Assembly: GCA_035484215.1 (NCBI GenBank)
Contig: DATHPE010000008.1
Coordinates: 27,326-91,325 of the forward strand
DNA length: 64,000 nucleotides
From: Solirubrobacteraceae bacterium
GTDB taxonomy: Bacteria; Actinomycetota; Thermoleophilia; Solirubrobacterales; Solirubrobacteraceae
Direction: 5' to 3'
The notes beneath the pieces were generated by a model. The model did no database searches, was not told where the DNA came from, and worked only from the letters and a program-made list of their open reading frames with translations. Shown here in pieces: positions 10,114 to 18,572 of this stretch. The position numbers and the translations under genes were made by a program. How positions within the stretch are numbered: position 1 is the stretch's first letter; the number at the start of each line of letters is the position of its first letter.

Positions 10114-11132
10114 ATACGGCCGACCTAGACGCAGCTTGGCGAGCCGTCGATACGCCGGCCGTGGCTGGTGGCCTAGCGGGCAAGCCCGCGCCCGGCCTCG
10201 ACCCAGAGCTCGGTGTACTACTGGCGCTCGACTCAAGGCAGCTCCGCCACATCCTCATCCCGGTCGATGAGGCGGCTGAGCCGCCGGCGACAGTCGCGAC
10301 CAAGGGCTTGGAGGTCACCGTTGATGATCTACAGGCTGATGACAGGCCTCCCAGACGCTACCTCGACATCGCGTGCCGCGATACCACGATGCACGCGAAC
10401 TTCACCGTGGTCGCCGCCGAGATCGTTGAGGAGCTGGGAGCCGAGGCAGGCAACAGCCGGAAGATACTTGAGCGTATCCTCGCCCGTTGGCGCTGGTTCT
10501 GGGACACGCCGCCGGAGGGGCTCACGGACGCGGAGGCCGTCGGCCTGTTCGGTGAGTTGTGGTTCTTGGAGTACTGGCTTGACCCGATCGACGATGCGGT
10601 GCTACAAGCGTGGACGGGTCCGAACCGCGACCGCCACGATTTCAAGTGGCCCGCCGCCTCAGTGGAGGTGAAGGCGACGCGAGCCCGAAGCGACGGGTCC
10701 GCGAGTCACCGTATTTCAGCACTCGAGCAGCTGGAAGATCCAGAGCGGGGTCAGCTGTATCTATTTAGCCTCCGCGTTAGGCCCGACCCGATTGCGGCGC
10801 ACAGTCTCAATGCGAGCGTCGAGCGGATCAGGCGAACGCTCTCCGATCGTGCCGAGCTATTGCATGCATTCGACGAACGGCTCGCTCTGCTGGGCTACGG
10901 CCCCGTGCACCGAGATCGATACGACGCGCCGATTAGAGTCGTCGCAGAGGAGCTATTCCGAGTTGATGGGCAATTTCCTCGTCTCACGAGGAGCTCTTTC
11001 GTCGAGGGTGAGGTGCCCAGCGGGGTGGACCGCATCGGATACGATCTGGAGCTCGTCGCGTGCGTGCGTTGGCGTATCGCCACCGCCCCGGGTTCCCAGG
11101 CGCGGCAGCTGCGCGAGAGCTTGCACTCATGA
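10110..11132 (+). CDS. PD-(D/E)XK nuclease-like protein (DUF4420 type, MzaC-like)
   Basis: GLFGELWFL, WTGP..DRHDF, SVEVKAT, HRISALEQL; GTGA overlap with Z1. Confidence 0.85.
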   Translation: MNTADLDAAWRAVDTPAVAGGLAGKPAPGLDPELGVLLALDSRQLRHILIPVDEAAEPPATVATKGLEVTVDDLQADDRPPRRYLDIACRDTTMHANFTVVAAEIVEELGAEAGNSRKILERILARWRWFWDTPPEGLTDAEAVGLFGELWFLEYWLDPIDDAVLQAWTGPNRDRHDFKWPAASVEVKATRARSDGSASHRISALEQLEDPERGQLYLFSLRVRPDPIAAHSLNASVERIRRTLSDRAELLHAFDERLALLGYGPVHRDRYDAPIRVVAEELFRVDGQFPRLTRSSFVEGEVPSGVDRIGYDLELVACVRWRIATAPGSQARQLRESLHS

Positions 11133-11163
11133 CTCCGCACGGTGCCTCACATGGAAGACGGGT

Positions 11164-11655
11164 CTATTGCGCCGAGCGCTGGTGGTCGACCTTCGCTGTT
11201 GCAGCCAGCGTGGGCTGTGCCACGAAGTTCCTGACCACCTGAGCAATGCGTGCTGCGGCATCCTCGGGTGGCTCATGCTCCCACACGCGGATTACGTGCC
11301 ATCCACGGGCACGCAGCGCCGCATCAGCCCGACGGTCGCGCTCCACGTTGGCTTCCAGCTTCTCCTTCCACCATCGGCCGTTGCTCTTAGGGATGGTTCC
11401 GTGCGACGGGCAGCTGTGCCAGAAGCATCCGTCCACGAAGACCGCGGTCTTTGTGGGTCCGAAGACGACGTCTGGTGTAGTGCGTAGGTCGGGCTCTGCG
11501 CGGCGATGGATTCTGAATCGTAGGCCACGCCGGTGAAGTGCGGAGCGCAGGAGTATCTCAGGTGAGGTGTTCCGCGACCGGTTGGCCTTCATGGTTGCTG
11601 CTGCCGCCGGTGATGACGCCGGAGGCGTGCCTTGCTTGGCGCTTCGTCCTAGCAT
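11164..11655 (-). CDS. vsr: Very short patch repair endonuclease
   Basis: MKANRSRNTSPE, LHRRGLRFR, PDVVF, VFVDGCFWHSCP, WKEKLEANVERD, VWEHE. Confidence 0.93.
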   Translation of the reverse strand: MLGRSAKQGTPPASSPAAAATMKANRSRNTSPEILLRSALHRRGLRFRIHRRAEPDLRTTPDVVFGPTKTAVFVDGCFWHSCPSHGTIPKSNGRWWKEKLEANVERDRRADAALRARGWHVIRVWEHEPPEDAAARIAQVVRNFVAQPTLAATAKVDHQRSAQ

Positions 11656-12952
11656 CGTTCACGTGCGCCGAATCGTCGGGATCCGCGTTGGCGAGACGAA
11701 GCAGCACGGTATCGCGCAGGTATGGATCATGTCCGAGGACATCGTCGAGCGCTGCGATTATGGCAGGCCAGTCGCGACTGATGCTTATCGCCTCTGGGGC
11801 CGCGCGGAACGGTTGCTCTTTGAGTCCCGGATCGATCGCGTCGAGGTGATCCCTGTAGCGCTCCTGAGCGACCGCTACTACTCCTGAGGCGACGGTCCGA
11901 AGCGCAGGTCTGAGCTCGTCGGGGATCGATACGCGCATCTTCGCGACATCCACCCCGAACCCCTGCTCCTCGCCGAGGGGCAGGTCAACGGCGATGCGGG
12001 CCAGCTTCGCGTGCTCGTCGAGTGTCCGAAGACGATTCCAGCCACCTGGCTGGATGAGCCGGTCGCGACGGTAGATATAGAAGCCTTGGTGTCGGTTCCA
12101 GCGACGAGGTCCGGCAGCGGCCTGATGTGCCTCGGGCGATGAGAACAACTGCTGACTGGGGAGCACATACGGTTGCACATCCACGGCGACGGTTCGCCCT
12201 TCCGAGTCTTGGTACTCGAGCACCTGCCGCGGCAGCGTCCGCGTGTGCTGCTCATGCCTCGCAAATGGATCCCAGGCCTCTATACGGTCGCCATTGAGTG
12301 TCAGGACCAGCCGACCACGGCCGTCGTACGCCGTTTCGTCGAGGAAGCGGTGGAAGACCATGGCGAGGTGGTCGCGTATCTCGTCCACAGCCGTCCGCAG
12401 CACACGTGCTGTCATACCCTCGGTGGGCCTGCGCGGAAGCACGCGGTCCAGGTGCTCCCAGAGAACTACCGTTCCGTGGCCGGTCTCCGCGATCGGGCCT
12501 GTGAGACGCTCGGACGCGGCGCGGTGTGATAGGCGTTCAAGTTCCCAGGTGTCGCGTCTCAGGACTTCGTCGAGGTCCCAGCGGCGGATCGCCCTCTTGG
12601 ATGCTCCGCGTTCTCGCGACGCGATCGTGAGGCGTCGACACTGCGACAGCGAGGCCGTCTTGAGGCCGAGGCCGTAACGCCCCAGTGCTTCAGGTGAGTA
12701 GTCCACGCGCGTTCCGTAGCGCATGGCCTCATCGAGCCTGGCTGCCGACATGCCGATGCCATCATCGCTTACACGGATCCATGACTCTGAGCCATCTGCC
12801 ACGACATCCACGTTGACCGTGCTGGAGCTGGCATCGATGGCGTTGTCAACAAGATCTGCGACCGCGCTCGGCAGGTCATAGCCGATGTCACGAAGGGAAG
12901 ACATGAGACGACCTGCCGACGGCACGATCGCAATGCGGGATTCACGGCTCAT
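11558..12952 (-). CDS. MORC/MutL-like GHKL ATPase, copy B
   Basis: SLRDIGY, ADLVDNA, DDGIGM, LGRYGLGLKTASLSQC, QGFYIYRRDRLIQPGGW; ATGA overlap with the MTase stop. Confidence 0.9.
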   Translation of the reverse strand: MSRESRIAIVPSAGRLMSSLRDIGYDLPSAVADLVDNAIDASSSTVNVDVVADGSESWIRVSDDGIGMSAARLDEAMRYGTRVDYSPEALGRYGLGLKTASLSQCRRLTIASRERGASKRAIRRWDLDEVLRRDTWELERLSHRAASERLTGPIAETGHGTVVLWEHLDRVLPRRPTEGMTARVLRTAVDEIRDHLAMVFHRFLDETAYDGRGRLVLTLNGDRIEAWDPFARHEQHTRTLPRQVLEYQDSEGRTVAVDVQPYVLPSQQLFSSPEAHQAAAGPRRWNRHQGFYIYRRDRLIQPGGWNRLRTLDEHAKLARIAVDLPLGEEQGFGVDVAKMRVSIPDELRPALRTVASGVVAVAQERYRDHLDAIDPGLKEQPFRAAPEAISISRDWPAIIAALDDVLGHDPYLRDTVLLRLANADPDDSAHVNDARTKRQARHASGVITGGSSNHEGQPVAEHLT

Positions 12953-14922
12953 GCGGCCACGAGCCCTTCATGTTTGGCCCGTGGGGAGGCCAAACTGCGG
13001 TCGGCCTGAGCGGCTCTCGTTCGGCCCGTCGCACACCCGACGTGCAGTGGGCACATTTCGCAGCGAGGTTTTGCCGGGCGGCACAGCTCGCGCCCGAGGT
13101 CGAGCAACGCCCGATTGAATTCGGCGTCAGGACCTGCCGATCCGGCGAGACGGTGCAGATCTAGCCTGACCTGGAACCGTCGGGTATCTCCGTGTCGGGC
13201 CAGTCTCCCAGCGACACGCGCGGTCGTCTGATCGAGCAGCACCTGTCGGCGGCCGAATGCGAAGGTCAGGGCTGCTCCCCCTGTGTACTCGCCAACACCC
13301 GGGAGCAGCGGCAGCAAGGTCTCGTCGTTGGGGACAGCCCCGTCAAAGTAGGTCACGAGATCCTCCGCAAGCGCGAGAAGCGCGACGGCGCGCTCCTGCG
13401 TCAATCCGATCTCGGCCAAGAGGCGCTTCGGGTCGTCGTGAGCCAGCAGTGCAGTGGGACGTGGGGCGATCTCGGATAGCCTCTCGAACGTCCCCTCGGC
13501 ATCGCTCGGGCGCATCCGTGCCAGCACCAGCTCCGCTGCAAGCACCAGCCAGGGATCGCTACCATCCCTTCTCCATGGCGGCGACCACGTGTCTGACGCT
13601 CGGCGCCATCCGACTAGGAGCTCCCGGAAGCGCTCGCGCTCCGGCGACCGAAGCCGGCGGGACTGTTCGAGTGTCGTCTTCACGGACCGGCCTATGGCCT
13701 CACCGAGAAGCACCGGCACCGCATTTCCAACCTGGCGATACCTGTGTGACTGTGTGCCGGCGAAGCGGAAGTTGTCCGGGAAGCTCTGCACCCTTGCAGC
13801 CTCGCGAAGCGAGAGAGTCCGGTGCTGGTCAGGGTGTATGTACCAGTAGCCGTCCTTCGCGATGTGAGCGGTGATCGTACGACACAGCTCGGACCAGGAC
13901 AGACGCTTGTACTTGTCTGTGAAGACGTCTGAGCGATAACGACGTAGACGGTCCGGCAGATCAATATAGGTCTGCCCCTCGCCCAGCAGCCTGAAGGCCT
14001 CCATATCGTCTGGCCGCACGTCGCGGCATATATGTTCGAGCACGACATCGTGGTCCTCGGTCGGGAGATCCTGTCTCATGAGCCGCTGGTAGTCGGAAGT
14101 CTGGCGCCTGACGTCGTAGGGGAGGCGCTCGCAGCGTTGTGCCCTGGGAATTGGCGGTAGGTCGCCGATCGCGTCGCGGAGGGTCGTATATTGATCCGTG
14201 GGCTCGGGCCAGCGAGGGCGTCGGTTTCCGTCGATCCCTATGAGAATGAGCCGTTGGCGATGCTGGGGAATCCCGTACCGGAAGCCGTCGAGGACACGTG
14301 CCTCGACTTGGTAGCCGAGGGCGTCCAGCGAGTCATGAAGGCCCATCAGAACGGCGCCGTCGTTCCAGCGCACGAGGTCGGGCACGTTCTCTACGAGTAC
14401 CGCTGCTGGCCGGAGCGCCTCGACGACCTTTACGAACGATGACCACAGGTCGGCCCTGTGGTCGTGGGCGGCACGCTCGCCCGTGTCGACCAAGTCTCGG
14501 ATCCGCGAGCTGCCGGCGCGGCTGAACGGTTGGCAAGGCACGCCGCCTGCCAAGAGGTCGATCTGGCCGACCCCCCATACATTTAGTGTCGTGAGGAACT
14601 CTGTCGGGTCTGACAGGTCGCCGCACCAGCTGAGCCCGGGGAGGTTGGCATCGTGTGTGCGCACGGCCCACTGGTCTGAGTCTGCTCCGGCGAGTACGTC
14701 GAAGCCGGCGCGCTCGAGGCCGAGCGAGAGACCGCCGGCGCCGCAGAAGAGCTCGATCGCCGTTGGGCGTCCCGACGAGCGCGAGACGAAGGAACGAATG
14801 GCCTGCAGATCGGAGCCGTCGGGTGTCTGCGGGTGCTTCGCTGGCCGCTTGGGTGCACCCCGATGGTGCGCGACCATAGGTCGCGCACCTGTGCCACGTG
14901 CATTTTGTGTCGAATCGCCCAC
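12949..14922 (-). CDS. dcm: DNA (cytosine-5)-methyltransferase fused to a C-terminal HhH-GPD (MutY/MIG-like) domain; start codon uncertain
   Basis: Motifs I (ELFCGAGG), IV (GVPCQPFS), VI (ENV), VIII (PQHRQR), IX/X (REAARVQSFP, QVGNAVP); then PWLVLAAELVLAR, LPGVGEYT and CX6CX2CX5C. Confidence 0.9.
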   Translation of the reverse strand: MGDSTQNARGTGARPMVAHHRGAPKRPAKHPQTPDGSDLQAIRSFVSRSSGRPTAIELFCGAGGLSLGLERAGFDVLAGADSDQWAVRTHDANLPGLSWCGDLSDPTEFLTTLNVWGVGQIDLLAGGVPCQPFSRAGSSRIRDLVDTGERAAHDHRADLWSSFVKVVEALRPAAVLVENVPDLVRWNDGAVLMGLHDSLDALGYQVEARVLDGFRYGIPQHRQRLILIGIDGNRRPRWPEPTDQYTTLRDAIGDLPPIPRAQRCERLPYDVRRQTSDYQRLMRQDLPTEDHDVVLEHICRDVRPDDMEAFRLLGEGQTYIDLPDRLRRYRSDVFTDKYKRLSWSELCRTITAHIAKDGYWYIHPDQHRTLSLREAARVQSFPDNFRFAGTQSHRYRQVGNAVPVLLGEAIGRSVKTTLEQSRRLRSPERERFRELLVGWRRASDTWSPPWRRDGSDPWLVLAAELVLARMRPSDAEGTFERLSEIAPRPTALLAHDDPKRLLAEIGLTQERAVALLALAEDLVTYFDGAVPNDETLLPLLPGVGEYTGGAALTFAFGRRQVLLDQTTARVAGRLARHGDTRRFQVRLDLHRLAGSAGPDAEFNRALLDLGRELCRPAKPRCEMCPLHVGCATGRTRAAQADRSLASPRAKHEGLVAA

Positions 14923-15166
14923 GGCCGATGGAAACTACACGGCGTCTAGGACCGATCGTGGGGCGGCACCGGCGGAGATCCTCGAAAGACCTGTCCAAGC
15001 CAGTCGGCCCAGCTCGCAGACGAGGTACGAGGACAGATGTCGGCGCCGGGTAGACCGAAGGCACTTGTTCGTGGAGGCCACCGCGATGGGGACTATGGCC
15101 GCCATTCACGCGAGGTCACGTCGGCCTATACCGACGCGGTGATGGCCGATGTGATGTCCTCCACCG

Positions 15167-15718
15167 ATGCCGAACGCAAGACCCGCGACCTATCCGATGT
15201 GGAAGTTCTACCCATCTCGCATGGCTGCCCCCGAGTGGGTCCCGCGGGTGATAGCCGTGTTCGCACATGCAGCGAGCAAGATCGACTCCAAGTCCAATCA
15301 CGGCGTTAGCAGCGATGCGGTACTCGCTGCACTCCGTCCCGCGCTCGTCGAGCTCGGCTTTGCGATTGAGTCCAGCAAGAAGAAGGCGGACAAGATCTGG
15401 CGCCCAGTGCTTTTTGGCGAGGCCGGCGAATCAGTGGTCGCCTACGAGGTGGACGGCTTCCACCAAGAGCTCGGCATCATCCTCGAGATCGAGGCTGGTC
15501 GCGGCGCGATGAACAATGCCGACTATCGCGATCTCGTGAGAAGTAGCCTGATCGTCGACGCCGAGTTCCTGATACTCGGCCAGATGCTCGAATACAGAGC
15601 TGGCAAGAAAGACGCGGTCACCCCGAGCTACAAGCGGACACGCGACCAGCTTGACGCGATCTACGCAAGCGAGCGTCTCAAGCTACCTTTCAAGGGCGTC
15701 TTGCTCGTCGGCTATTGA
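15167..15718 (+). CDS. Putative type II restriction endonuclease (BglII/BstYI/BamHI-like PD-(D/E)xE fold)
   Basis: 183 aa; YEVDGF..GIILEIEAG..YRDL..SY..LPFKGVLLVGY pattern; divergent from the C5-MTase. Confidence 0.55.
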   Translation: MPNARPATYPMWKFYPSRMAAPEWVPRVIAVFAHAASKIDSKSNHGVSSDAVLAALRPALVELGFAIESSKKKADKIWRPVLFGEAGESVVAYEVDGFHQELGIILEIEAGRGAMNNADYRDLVRSSLIVDAEFLILGQMLEYRAGKKDAVTPSYKRTRDQLDAIYASERLKLPFKGVLLVGY

Positions 15719-15739
15719 ACTGGTTCTGCTTCGAATTGG

Positions 15740-15836
15740 ATGCCCTCCGGAAAGCCTCCAAGTCGCCATCGCGGCCCGCGAGCTTGAGCGGCTTGATGCC
15801 CGACCCGGGCGTGTACGGATTGAGGCGTTGATCCAT
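15740..15836 (-). pseudogene. Truncated N-terminus of an AAA/STAND-type ATP-binding protein
   Basis: MDQRLNPYTPGSGIKPLKLAGRDGDLEAF matches the NPY.PG.G..P..LAGR start of actinobacterial AAA ATPases; it stops before any Walker A motif. Confidence 0.6.
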
Positions 15837-15991
15837 CTCTATCTGTAAACGCAGACAAAAGCAGATGTTGCCGGTCGCGCGACGCGCGCTACCTGGTGGC
15901 ACGCATCATCGACCGTCGGGACCTGCACCGCGCCATCGACAGGCTCTGAGCCCAGGCCACCAGCATCGGCACGTCTACGATTGCCCGCCCA

Positions 15992-16327
15992 TCAGCCATG
16001 GCATTCGACGGCCACCTCGAGCGCCGCGCACACCTCCCGCATGCGGTCATCGCTCAGTCGTCCGAGGCGCTCCACGAGGACCGCGACCGACACGCTCTCC
16101 ACAGAGTCGAGGTTGATCGAGGATCGGCGGGGGACTGGATCGTCGTCGGGCTCTAGAACGACCTCGCTGGCCAGGCTGCGAATGGTGGTCGTGCATGGCG
16201 CGACAAGCGCTCGTCGCAAGCGAGGGATAGCCGCGTCGCGTGAGAGCACCACGACAGGCCGCCGGCCGATCTCCGGCAACTCACACCACCACATCTCTCC
16301 CCTCGCGGGAAGCGGGCCGCCGCTCAC
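15992..16327 (-). CDS. mazF: MazF/PemK endoribonuclease toxin
   Basis: [41 protein letters not shown]; GTGA overlap with the antitoxin. Confidence 0.9.
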   Translation of the reverse strand: MSGGPLPARGEMWWCELPEIGRRPVVVLSRDAAIPRLRRALVAPCTTTIRSLASEVVLEPDDDPVPRRSSINLDSVESVSVAVLVERLGRLSDDRMREVCAALEVAVECHG

Positions 16328-16560
16328 GATGCCGCGGCCGCCTCTCGGAACGACGCCAGATCGCCCCACGCATCGGGCTCCTCGAGAGGGTGCTTGTCGT
16401 AGGCCGCGTATGCAGCATCGATCTCGGCCGCACGATGGCGGTCCAAGAGCGCCGCGAGCGCTTGGTCGAGGACGGCGGCATCCGTCAGCGGCGCGAGTGC
16501 CTGACGGGCCCTCTCCAAGAGCTGCTCGTCAACGGTAGTGCTCACCCTCGTCCTTGCCAT
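16324..16560 (-). CDS. mazE: Ribbon-helix-helix antitoxin (MazE5-like)
   Basis: [46 protein letters not shown]; directly upstream of mazF. Confidence 0.85.
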   Translation of the reverse strand: MARTRVSTTVDEQLLERARQALAPLTDAAVLDQALAALLDRHRAAEIDAAYAAYDKHPLEEPDAWGDLASFREAAAAS

Positions 16561-16590
16561 GCCACTATTATGCCACGTCTGTGCCATACT
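16555..16590 (-). promoter_or_regulatory. Leaderless mazEF promoter with TGCCAY repeats (probable antitoxin operator)
   Basis: Minus strand TGG-CATAAT-agtggc-ATG; four TGCCAY copies at 16555, 16560, 16571 and 16582. Confidence 0.5.
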
Positions 16591-16647
16591 TTGTCTGCCT
16601 TCGCAAACAAAGCCCGACACAGCCCGGCTGCCGTCGGCGCGCGCGCC

Positions 16648-17898
16648 TCACGGCGCGCTCAGCACCCGTTCGCGCTGGTAGCGCCGCCACGATCGCCGCC
16701 CGCCGACGAGCGCCGCGATCACCAGCGCGAGCGGCACGAGCACCGCAGCCATGATCAGGATCACGATCAACGCCACCAGCAGCACCCGGCCCGCGTCGTG
16801 AAGGCCTTTGTGGAGCGTCAGCCCTTCGCTGCCGGCGTGCGCGTCGCCGAGCACGCTGACTTCCACTTCAGCTGTGCTCGCGCGCTGGGAGACGGCGTTG
16901 ACCGAGGCCTGTGCTCTGGCGATCGCGCTCGCCGCCTGGGCGAGCCGTTCGTGCAGGCTGTCGATCTGGCCTTCGCTCGTCGCCGCCGCCAGTGCCCGCA
17001 GCAGCGCCCGGCGTTCCGCTTCCGCGTCGCTCAGCTGCCGGTGCGCCGCGTCGTAGGAGCTCGTGATGTCCTGCAGGGATTGGCTCTCCGCGCGCACCGG
17101 AGCCAGTCGGCCGATCGCCGCCAGCGCCGCCGCAAGTCGCGCGCTCGGCAGCCTCAGCGCCAGCGTCGCTTCGCTCGCGCCCTGCTGCTGCACCTGCACG
17201 TTCGAGGTCTGCACGTAGCCGCCTTCGCGCACCACCAGCTGCGACACCTTGTCGGATGTCGCCTGCACGTTCGCGGGGGTCGTGCTCAGCGTCACCGACG
17301 CCCCCAGCTGCTGCTCGCGCCCCGGCGCCGACGCCGCACCCGTGGGGCTCGGGGAGAGGATCGAAGGCGATGCCGCTTCGCCCGCAGAGGAGCCTGCCGA
17401 TGCGGACGGCTCCAGCTGAGCATTTTTGGAGCTCGATCTCGCCACGGGCGACGCCGCTCCGCCGTTCGTCCCGTGGCTGACGGCGCCCTGACCGGTGGCG
17501 GGTGCGCTCTCGACGGGTTTCGGCGTGGCGATCACCGGGCCCGACCCGCGCGGCGTGCCGCTGATCAGCAGCACCGCCACGAGCGCCGCGGCAACGGCCG
17601 CGACCGCGGCGAGAGCCGAGCGGCGATGGGCCGCCAGCGACCGGCGGGCGGGCACATCCACATCGTCCCCGTCCACGCCGCCGGGGCGGATAGCTCCCCG
17701 TCGCTCCAGCTCCGCCGCCAGGCGCGCCTCGAACTCCGGGGTCATCGGCGGGGCGAGCGTGCGCACGTCCTCGCGCAGCTCTCGCCACGCCTGCGCCGCG
17801 GGGTCGTGCAGCTCGCCGCCCAGCGCGCCCTCCAGCTCCGCGATCCACGCCTCCTGCCCGGGCAGCGGCTCGTCGGTCGGGAAGGGGACGATCCTCAT
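16648..17898 (-). CDS. DUF4349-like membrane protein, putative anti-sigma partner
   Basis: ATGA overlap with the ECF stop; TM segment ALAAVAAVAAALVAVLLI, Ser/Ala linker, LALRLPS..QDITSSY coiled coil, C-terminal TM. Confidence 0.7.
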   Translation of the reverse strand: MRIVPFPTDEPLPGQEAWIAELEGALGGELHDPAAQAWRELREDVRTLAPPMTPEFEARLAAELERRGAIRPGGVDGDDVDVPARRSLAAHRRSALAAVAAVAAALVAVLLISGTPRGSGPVIATPKPVESAPATGQGAVSHGTNGGAASPVARSSSKNAQLEPSASAGSSAGEAASPSILSPSPTGAASAPGREQQLGASVTLSTTPANVQATSDKVSQLVVREGGYVQTSNVQVQQQGASEATLALRLPSARLAAALAAIGRLAPVRAESQSLQDITSSYDAAHRQLSDAEAERRALLRALAAATSEGQIDSLHERLAQAASAIARAQASVNAVSQRASTAEVEVSVLGDAHAGSEGLTLHKGLHDAGRVLLVALIVILIMAAVLVPLALVIAALVGGRRSWRRYQRERVLSAP

Positions 17899-18479
17899 GC
17901 CGCCCGCTCCCCGTCGCCGTCCGCGCACTGCTCGCGAAGCCGCGTCAGCGCGCGGTGCAGACGCGTGCCCACATTGGACTCGCTGATCCCCATGGTCCGA
18001 GCGAGCTCGCCGTTGGACAGCTGACCGTGGAACTTCAGCAGCACCAGCTCGCGCTCGCGCAGCGGCAGCGACGCCAGCGCGTCGCGCACGCTCGCGCGTC
18101 GCTCCACGTCCTCAAGCGCGTCATCCGACCCGCGACCGCCCGCCGCGAGATCGTCTCCCACGTCGTAGCGGCTCCTGCGCCGCCGCTGGCGCAGCTCGTC
18201 GAGCGCCGCGTTGCGCGCGATCGCGAACAGCCACGCGCGCGGCGTTCCCCGGCGATGGTCGAGGCGCCCGCGCGACCGGTAGAGGCGCTCGAAGGCCATC
18301 GCCGTCACGTCCTCCGCCGCCGCACGGTCGCCCAGCAGCGAGATCAGGTACCCGTGCACGTCCGCCGCGCACTCCTTGAACAAGGCCTCGAACGCGCCCG
18401 CGTCCAGCACGCCCCGCGCAGGTCCCGCCGCGGGCTGTGGCGCTGGCTCCTCAGTTGCGGATACGAGCGGGCTCATCAC
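17895..18479 (-). CDS. ECF RNA polymerase sigma factor
   Basis: Region 2 AEDVTAMAF..AWLFAIARNAALD; region 4 LPLRERELVLLKF..ELARTMGISESNVGTRLHRA. Confidence 0.92.
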   Translation of the reverse strand: MMSPLVSATEEPAPQPAAGPARGVLDAGAFEALFKECAADVHGYLISLLGDRAAAEDVTAMAFERLYRSRGRLDHRRGTPRAWLFAIARNAALDELRQRRRRSRYDVGDDLAAGGRGSDDALEDVERRASVRDALASLPLRERELVLLKFHGQLSNGELARTMGISESNVGTRLHRALTRLREQCADGDGERAA

Positions 18480-18572
18480 CTTAACTACGACACACCGGCC
18501 ACTCCATCACAGCCACCGCCACTCAGCGCCGCCTGCGCCAGCGCCGCACTCCGCGGTCGCCCGGGCGAACCC

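Noticed and set aside
15167-15718. AIPR/MzaD component
   Set aside because: Far too short and lacks recognisable AIPR features; it looks like a small PD-(D/E)XK-type nuclease.
15881-15949. Fragment DARYLVARIIDRRDLHRAIDRL*, possibly a RelE-like toxin tail
   Set aside because: Only about 22 codons, no start codon and no diagnostic motif; cannot be supported without a search.
5931-16000. Prophage, ICE or IS as the carrier of the defence island
   Set aside because: No integrase, transposase, tRNA target, terminal inverted repeats or att duplication was found by eye.
16240-18024. Long Arg/Ala/Pro-rich ORFs (also 21911-24631, 52657-54111, 55342-57807, 58241-59092 and many others)
   Set aside because: Antisense or off-frame shadows of well-supported genes, expected at this GC content; no domain motifs.
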